64,000 nucleotides of DNA, from positions 31,124,001-31,188,000 of the forward strand of contig OZ024748.1 in NCBI GenBank assembly GCA_964016885.1. Reading direction: 5' to 3'. Below the pieces are notes generated by a model. That model was not told the origin of the DNA, searched no databases, and saw only the letters and a list, made by a program, of their open reading frames with translations. This stretch comes from Eledone cirrhosa (taxonomy: Eukaryota). Shown one piece after another: positions 55,811-64,000 of this stretch. Position 1 is the stretch's first letter. Every line of letters begins with the position of its first letter. The translations under genes and the position numbers were made by a program.

Positions 55811-57979
55811 ATTGCGATATAAACAAACTTAACACCTCTATTAATGAATTCAAAACTAGTAATAAAATTATTGTACACGCAGATAAAACTAATAACATAT
55901 ACAGCCTGGATTATAATACTTATAGAAAGTTTATATATAATGAACTACATAAAAGCTACAAGAAAACCACTTTGAAAAACTTAGAGGATATTAATATAGA
56001 GGGATATAATATAGTGTCTAAACTAGGACTTCAGAGGCATACGCAACCATACACCCCAAACCCCCCTAGATTCTCTCTGAAGGATCATAAGGAGGACTTC
56101 ATTAGCAACCCCTCGATTAGATTTATCTGCCCTTCCAAGTCCGACATTGGTATTATCAGCAAGAAAATTTTAGATAAAATCATCCCACAAATTAAACACA
56201 AGATACACCTTAAACAATGGGGAAATACGGGTGAAGTTATTGAATGGTTCAAAGGTATCAAGAATAATAAGGACAAAAAATTTATTCAATTTGATATCAA
56301 TTCATACTACACCTCTATTTCCCCTATCCTATTAAATAAGGCACTAAACATGGCCATGAACAATAGCGACCTGACTAGAGCCCAGATTGATGTCATCCTT
56401 GCGGCCCGTAAAACCATAATCACCTTCGAGGACCAACTATGGATCCGCAAGGATACGCACAACAACTTCGACATAACCATGGGATCTAGTGACTCGGCGC
56501 AGGTCACTGATTTGGTCGGCCTATACCTACTTAATGAAATCCATAAGGACCTCCCCTACCTCAACGGTGGTTTGTACCGCGATGATGCACTTCTACTTCT
56601 CGAATATAAAAAAATTCAATATAGAAAGAACTAGAAAACTATTGCACAAGACATTCAAAAACTTTAACCTTAGTATCACCATGGACAAAAACACTAAAAA
56701 TGTTAACTTCCTAGACGCCACACTATACCTAGACTCAAAAATATATACACCTTTCCATAAGCCTAACGAAAAACTCATTTACGTGGATACCAAGATCAAT
56801 ATATACCCTAGATCAATATTAAACTCTATCTCTAAGGGGGTATCCAATAGAATCTCTAATCTATCCTATGACGCAAACATATTTAGCAAAAACTCACAAT
56901 ATTATAATCAAGCATTAGCTAGATCCGGCCATAATATAGAGATTGAGTTCCTACCTAAGAAAACACATAGCTACAACATCATCTCGCACAATATGTCAAT
57001 GGCGAAACCTAATAATATGAATAGCAACCACACGTACACTAAAGCGGAGGGTGCCACCAGAAGTAACCATTACCACGGAAACTACCGTAGTACCTTAGGA
57101 AGAAACAACACATCAGGCACTAAAAACAAAAATAGAAGAAGAAATAATACATTTTTCAACCCTCCTTTCAACCTAAATGTCACCACCAACATACCTAGGG
57201 CTTTCTTCTCACTACTAGATAAAAACTTCCCTCTAGGACACAAGTACCATAACCTTTTAAACAAAAACACTATTAAAATCTCATACTCCACGACGCCTAA
57301 CTTAGCATACCACATAGCTAGCAGCAATAAAAGTAAAATTAATTCTTACTTCCAACAAACGAAATCACAACAGGAGGTAAACCTTCTAAATACCTCTGTA
57401 GCAAGCAACCATAATAACGGCAGTAATAATAGAAATAACAATAGTATAAGGAATAACACCGGGGTCGACAACCAGAATGTCCAAAATCTTATAGCTACCA
57501 CCCGGACTTCTGCACTGCATTATAACCAGCAGACTAACACCCAGGATAATTGTAACTGTAGAGCTAATAGAACCTGCCCTTTAGATAAAAAATACCTAAC
57601 CAAGGATATCATATACTCATGCACCGTCACAACTAGCAACTCTTCAGAAACCTATGTAGGCTCCACTTCTAACTGCTTCAAAATCAGATATAATTCGCAC
57701 ATCCACTCGTTCAAAAAGCACAGTCTAGCCAACTCCACCTCACTATCTAGCTACATACACTATCTAAAAACTAAAAATAAACCTTACACACTCAAATGGG
57801 AAGTGATAGGTAGCGCGACTTCGTACAAACCACCTAATAAATTTTGTAACCTCTGTATACTAGAGACCCACAATATTATCTTCTCTAACCGTAACCTACT
57901 TAACAAAAAATCTGAAGTGTTTGCAACTTGCCAGCACCGCTTCAGACATTCCTTCCAAAACTTTAAGCCCAATATATAG
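55811..57979 (+). pseudogene. PLE RT-GIY-YIG polyprotein split by one frameshift near 56600-56612
   Basis: ADKTNNIY, FIQFDINSYY, MGSSDSAQVTDLVGL and YRDD in ORF 55771-56634. NFLDATL, CNC..CPL, IIY..YVG, CNLC, LNKKSE and CQH in ORF 56489-57979. Confidence 0.9.
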
Positions 57980-59418
57980 CAATGTCGGACTTGAACCAAA
58001 CACCACCTCTAGCATCAAACACCAGGGGCACACATTATACCACATCCCCAGCACTCATTGATCTAATATAACACAAATCTCGATATCCCTCTGGAACCCT
58101 TCACAGGGAGAATACCCCTTTGTACTTCTACTTTAGGTGTGACAACATCCACTTGCTTGAACTGCACTACACCACTTTATAGTTAATTTAAGCATTGAAT
58201 TGATTGTATTGTAGGTGCTGTGCGGAGGAAGTGCCATCGTGGGACAAATGAAAAACTAATTAATCTAGTAACGCTGATGAGCTGTATGACCGGTATGCTG
58301 AGTGCATACCGGTCATACAGAATGTATTGCAGGTGGCGTATGGGTTGTAGGTATATGTGTGATTTGATGGTCAGATTGGAGTCATGAGGACTGTGGATTG
58401 ACCTCTGGTCGGCCCTGGTGATGATTATCTTTCGACATCCAATGTAGCAAGCACTGACCCAGAACTTACCAGAGATCATTGTGTGTTGAAGTGATTCTGC
58501 AATCACCTTGCCTGGTTCTTTGAGTAGACTGCAATCACAGAGATCATTAATTGAGAATTCTCACTCGTCGTGTATAATATTCATTTGTGGCACTCTGCGA
58601 TGGGGGTTAATCACCATAATAAGAACACCTTGAGCACAACTTAACAGACTACTCTATAGTTAAAACACTTTAAATTTTTAGAAATCTTTTAGAAACTGCA
58701 CATAACCATATAGGTTAGGGTCTATTTTGAGACACAATTTAATAGTTAGTAATAGAAACCACTGAGTTACCTCCCCTCATGCATTAACTCCCCTAGCCAC
58801 ACACACACTTCCGGGTAGTATTTCGATGTCGATTTTCGCACCGTAACACCCTCCTGTATTGAGCTAAAGAACATCAGACTACGATTCTCTAACTGGATTG
58901 TCAAACGTCCAATATCGAATCGTCGTGGATTATGTGAGGGGCATATAATCTGAAAAATACGCCCCCCAGACTATGCAAATGTCGCAGTGCATGAAATCCT
59001 TATCATCGCTTCGCTACGCATTTCCAATATTTTTAATGCTTACACTATTTTTAATACTTATATTATTTCTCCACGCACAGACTATAACAATCATATAAAG
59101 AATTCATCACCAGATCAACCACGTTAACACTCTCGATTACCTGCTTAAATGCTTCTATTACACGTAACTCTCTGCCACACTATATAAACAAGACGCACGT
59201 GCTTGCCACACATATAACCTTTGCACTATATAACCGCTTAATTTCATGTTGTATTTTAACCTGTATTTTTGATTGTATCTTTTAATATGAATGTAATCTC
59301 TAAGTGTGCACTGCCACACTAAATGCTATAATGAATGTTGACCCACAATATTTTCATATGTATCTGTATGGCTCTTGGGTGATAAGGAGGTCATATAAGT
59401 GTTCATTCAATAATAAAT

Positions 59419-59465
59419 TGCTCCGAAGAATCCAAACCTTGGTTTGGAGGAAACAGTTGTAAGCA
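59419..59465 (+). ncRNA. Type I hammerhead motif with core substitution
   Basis: TGCT-CCGAAGA-A-TCCAAAC(CTTG)GTTTGGA-G-GAAA-CAGTTG-TA-AGCA. All three stems pair; U4 reads C. Confidence 0.65.
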
Positions 59466-59559
59466 TAAAAATGTTTGAACAGTTCTTTGATTCTTATAAT
59501 TCATATATAAATATATATATAAATATATATATAAATATATATATATATAAATATATATT

Positions 59560-60215
59560 AGTTTAGCGAGGTTTTTTATATGAAATCGTGTGTCGAAACA
59601 AATATTGTTATACTTGGGGAGGGTCATATTTGTGTAATATTGCCAGAATTAATAACAGAACACACTCACTGTTTGGTTGGTTTTCGCTTCTCGCTGTCTT
59701 TTATATCTGCGATCTAACTTAATCGGTCCTCAATGTTGCCATTGACTGACCGACGGTCAAAAATAATACATATACAATATAGACACAAACACATATATAT
59801 AGTTTACATAATTTACATAAATCTTTCGTTGCACATCTGCAACATCGTCAGTGGTGTTAAATATATAGACAGACTGAATAAATATATAGACAGACTGAAT
59901 ATATAGACAGACTGAATAAAAAATGGCATAGACATACAACACAACAGGAGGAAAAAATATAACACCACTGACGATGTTGCAGATGTGCAACGAAAGATTT
60001 ATATAAATTATGTAAACTATATATATGTGTTTGTGTCTATATTGTATCTGTATTATTTTTGACCGTCGGTCAGTCAATGGCAACATTGAGGACCGATTAA
60101 GTTAGATCGCAGATATAAAAGACAGCGAGAAGCGAAAACCAACCAAACAGTGAGTGTGTTCTGTTATTAATTCTGGCAATATTACACAAATATGACCCTC
60201 CCCAAGTATAACAAT
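59560..60215. repeat. Head-to-head palindrome of the Neptune/Nematis-like PLE 3' UTR, each arm with a hammerhead core
   Basis: ~59603-59858 is the reverse complement of ~59960-60215. CTGACGA-T-GTTGCA(GATG)TGCAAC-GAAA at 59968-59995(+) and 59824-59851(-). Homologous to 61215-61525. Confidence 0.9.
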
Positions 60216-60219
60216 ATAA

Positions 60220-60307
<88 letters not shown>

Positions 60308-61175
60308 GAGATATATTAGATATATCTCATTTGAAATAATACACCCAACTTTCCACGCAATACTTTTAGTTAGCACCTCGAACACATAATTGGGAATATA
60401 ATCACCTATTTCCTAATGTTTGTTGAGTGAGTTGGAATTTGGCCGGAGTATCGCTAAAAAGCTTTCTCCGATATTGTATTTATTTACTTACTCTTGGCGC
60501 AGAAGATTTGAAGAAAATTCCCGGTTAGCATTTCTTTGTTTATTTTTATATATGAAAATTGATTGTTCCTTATATCACATTCTGTTATTTTGCCCGAGAA
60601 AATATCTGTGTGTGTCATCAAATGTTGTACACACATAGACATTTTTTCAATTTCCAATTGAGTTCTTAGCACGTGGCCTGAATTCCTTTCAGAGTTCATT
60701 GTCGCGCGCATGTATTGTTTTTTTTGGCGGTAATTCACTTCCTCATTTTTTGAATCAGTTCGAGCACTTCATTCAGAACTGTTGGACTGGCAACCTGACA
60801 GATACCTCAGGCACAGAAAGTGATTATCGCTAAATTCTGATGTTGGTTAGATTATCAATATTAGTATTATTGGAGCACCCACTGATGAATTATAGGAGCC
60901 CACTTGAATATAGATCTATTGATGGTATACAAGCTCCTACATAAATTGGTATAATTTCTCCCAAATTGTAGGAATCCTATAATGAAACGAGACGTCCGTC
61001 TGGGAAGAGATATATTAGATATATCTCATTTGAAATAATACAGCCAACTTTCCACGCAATACTTTTAGTTAGCACCCCGAACACATAATTGGGAATATAA
61101 TCACTTATTTCCTAATGTTTGTTGAGTGAGTTGGAATTTGGCCGGAGTATCGTTAAAAAGCTTTCTCCGATATTG

Positions 61176-61182
<7 letters not shown>
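60308..61182 (+). mobile_element. Non-coding direct-repeat element (R-unique-hammerhead-R), retrozyme/pLTR-like
   Basis: ~176-bp direct repeats at 60308-60483 and 61007-61182, hammerhead immediately before the second repeat, (TA)n on both sides. Confidence 0.7.
60878..61004 (+). ncRNA. Type I hammerhead ribozyme with extended branched stem II
   Basis: CCCA-CTGATGA-ATTATAGGA-(77 nt)-TCCTATAAT-GAAA-CG(AGACGTC)CG-TC-TGGG. Perfect core, 4-bp stem I, 9-bp stem II, GUC cleavage after 61000. Confidence 0.82.
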
Positions 61183-61214
<32 letters not shown>

Positions 61215-61220
<6 letters not shown>

Positions 61221-64000
61221 ATACTTGGGGAGGGTCATATTTGTGTAATATTGCCAGAATTAATAACAGAACACACTCACTCTTTGGTTGGTTTTCGCTT
61301 TTCGCTTCTGTGTCTTTTATATCGGTAATCTAATTTATTCGGTCCTCAATGTTGCCATTGACTGACCGACGGTCAAAAATAATACAGATACAATATAGAC
61401 ACAAACACATATATATAGTTTATCAAAGTTCTTTCGTTGCACATCTGCAACATCGTCAGTGGTGCTGTTGTTTCCTCCAGTTGCATTGTATGTCTACGCC
61501 ATTTTTATTTAGTCTGTCTATATATTTATTTATTTATTTGTTTGTTTGTTTATTTTATTGTGTCTTCTTTGCGCATGCGTTTGCGTGTGTGTATAGTGTT
61601 TTGTTTGATGTGTGTTCGTGATTGGGTGACTGTGTATCGGTTAATGTATTCTATCTTTACTAGTGTGTGTTTATATGTGTTTGTTGTTATTGTGCTTGTG
61701 TATGTATTTATTTATTTATTTATACTTCTCTTAGGTCAGTGTTGTTTGTTTGGGAGTTGTTGTTATTCCATTCATTCTTTCTGTTTAGTCTTGGCCTTCT
61801 AAGTTCTATTTCACTGGTCTCTCTGATTTGCCTATCTGCTGGGTCATTTCTATGTTTAGATATTATTCTAATTTCTATGTTGTCTATGTTACCGCCGTGT
61901 TGTTGTCTGGCATGTTCGTATAGTACTGACCGTTTTTCGTCCTTTTAGTTCCCCCAGTGTTGGTCTATCCTTTCACCTATGCTACGAGCTGTCTCGCCAA
62001 TGTATGTTGTTGTCATTTTTCTGCAAGTACCCTCTGTACATCTTATGCTATAGACTACGTTTCTAGTTTTACAGTTTATCCGGGGGTTTACCTTACATAT
62101 GATACATTTCCTATTAGTACAGTGGGTTTTCTTAAAAGGGTAGGTTTTGCTGATCAGGGATTTTATGGTGGTTCCTGGCTTTTCTACCACCTTAATCTTT
62201 AAGTGGGTCTTTCTCAGGACCTTTCTACACTGGTTAGCTAATTTCCCTCCAGGGGTAGCGTCCACAAACATGACACTCTGGTATCTCTGGTTGTCGTACC
62301 ATGAGGTGGCTTTCCCTATCTTATGTCTAGCCCTATCTAAGCTATTCCATGATTTGCTCCTGTATAATGGGCAAATTCCTTTCATGTCCAGTTCTATGAG
62401 GGTCTTATACTTCTCCATGGCTCCTTCGTATACTCTGACTCTGTCTCTTTGGTTGTAGCCAGAGAACTGTATGCGGTTGATGAAGTGTTGGATGTGTCTT
62501 TTCATTTCTGTTGGGTCGCACATGCGGGAAACATTCTTCATCACTCGTACCAAATCTGCGATCAGAATATTAAACTTAGCACTACTGGACATTGCTGAGT
62601 TTTTGAGTATCAGGTATTTGGAGGCCATGGGTTTAGCATAATGTGAGTGGAGAATTTGGGCTCTCTCGTCTATAGTGTTAAACCAGAGTTCCGGTACAGG
62701 TAGTCTATTGTTAGGGCATTTGGAAGGGAAGTCGATAGTTACAGTTATACTCTGGTGTATGGAATTAGCTATCTGCTGGATGCTTTCCATTGTGCTACGT
62801 TCTAAATCAAACTTGTTAGTGCTCTCTAGTGGGGATGTTCTTATAACTATATTGATATCGTCTACGTAACGAGAGTACATGATGAGGTCTATGGAGCTCT
62901 CATTAAGGAGATCTTTAAGTCTCCTTTCCCACCATACCATGAAAAGGTTGGCAACATCACCAGCTATGCTGACGCCAATGGCTGCTCCCTCATTTTGGGT
63001 GCAGATCTTCTCGTTGAACTTGAATATGTGGCCCTTTAGGGTAGTTTTGATACTAGCCCCTATTGCATCTGCGACTATTTTTCTTACCTGATCATTGTTT
63101 TGGGGGGTCCGTATAGCTTTGTTTCACCCAATCCACCTTCCCATGGGAGTCTTTTTTGCCATTGAGGTTATGGTGGAGAGTCTACCTCTTATGGGTCTAC
63201 TAGGGCAGAAACGTCTAAGGTCATGGCTGTCTAGGTAGTCAGTGTCGTAGGTAAGTCTAAGTAGGAGGCCCAGTTCGTCTGTGTCGACGTCGCAGAACTC
63301 CACCTCACTCTCAATGATCATCTCCACACATTTTTCCACAGCAAAATCAATGTTAATGGATGGGTACAGTGATACCAGATCCATGCTGCCTATTATGCAG
63401 TTGGATAGGTTCCTGTTTTTGTTGCACTCACTGATTCTGCTGAGGAGGTCCTCTGTACTGTCACAAATATCTGGGGACATCTTGATTATGGGGCGTATAA
63501 CCATTGAGAGGAAGTAGGAGATCCTATAGTTGCTAGCTATATTAGCTCCGCATACGGGTCTTGTTGGTGGTCCTGTTGTCGGGTCGTCGACTGTCTTGTG
63601 GTCTTTGCGGAGCCCATAAAAGGGTGGTATGCCATTGTTAGACGCCTGGAAGTTGCTGGGAGTGCGTCTGCTTGGCTTTAGGATGTCAGTCCACATCATC
63701 ATATGAGCGTTGAGGATTTTCTCTCTCCCATCATGTGTTTGCTGTGCAATTTCGCTCGTGTTGGTGATGTGGGTTTGCATAGCCTTGATGTAGTTCGGCA
63801 TGCTATCTATTGACATCCTACCAGACTTATCCGTGGGTAGACATACTACCTCACCATCCCTTGTGCGCTGCTTGAGGCTAACCAAGCCTTCTACAGGTTT
63901 CCTCCCAAGTTGTTGTCTCTTAGTATACCGGTCTACTATTTGTCTAATCTTATTTCTAGCTATGGTGAACTGTGCCTCTGTCTCGTCATCTATTTGTTGT
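61215..64000 (-). mobile_element. Neptune/Nematis-like PLE (RT + Cys linker + GIY-YIG + 3' UTR), running off the right edge
   Basis: PTDKSG, PPFYGLRKDHK, PTRPVC, SMDLVSLYPSI, GAAIG, YSRYVDD and YIGETARS. In-frame stops at 63124 and 61945; frame continues to ~61720. Confidence 0.93.
61421..61464 (-). ncRNA. Minimal hammerhead motif in PLE 3' UTR
   Basis: Minus strand CACCA-CTGACGA-T-GTTGCA(GATG)TGCAAC-GAAA-GAACTT-TGATA; stem I partly mismatched. Confidence 0.65.

Larger units (their letters stand above)
55768..59506 (+). mobile_element. Near-intact Hydra-type PLE with inverted copy of its 3' terminus at the 5' end
   Basis: RT + EN ORFs, ~1.5-kb 3' UTR and terminal hammerhead. 55768-55810 is the reverse complement of 59466-59507. 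Confidence 0.9.

Noticed and set aside
63124-63126. In-frame TGA in the PLE RT as selenocysteine or readthrough
   Set aside because: Context (WIG*NK) fits a TGG-to-TGA mutation, and the same copy also has a premature TAA at 61945.

Overview
Eukaryotic, repeat-dominated window, most likely from an octopod cephalopod. This is inferred from the GEKP(F/Y)xCEICGKSF C2H2 zinc-finger style, the SINE types and the very long (TA)n tracts. It has three zones. (1) 1-21.7 kb is a G-rich 30/35-bp satellite with kilobase higher-order repeats; all ORFs there are artefacts. (2) 21.7-42.4 kb is a C2H2 zinc-finger locus: one intact 12-finger ORF (+) and a frameshifted paralogue (-) within inverted and direct duplicated modules, plus RTE and CR1 LINE relics, tRNA-derived SINEs and a solo LTR. 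(3) 42.7-64 kb is a dense cluster of Penelope-like retroelements (PLEs; RT + GIY-YIG) from at least three lineages, almost all bounded by (TA)n and often arranged as inverted pairs. Their non-coding tails contain several type I hammerhead ribozyme motifs, read by eye. The most striking object is a non-coding unit at 60308-61182 (R-unique-ribozyme-R, ~700-nt period). It carries a complete hammerhead with an unusually long, branched stem II, and its 5' end lies within 6 nt of the predicted cleavage site, so it is a candidate retrozyme-like element. All calls are by eye; boundaries of degraded repeats are approximate.
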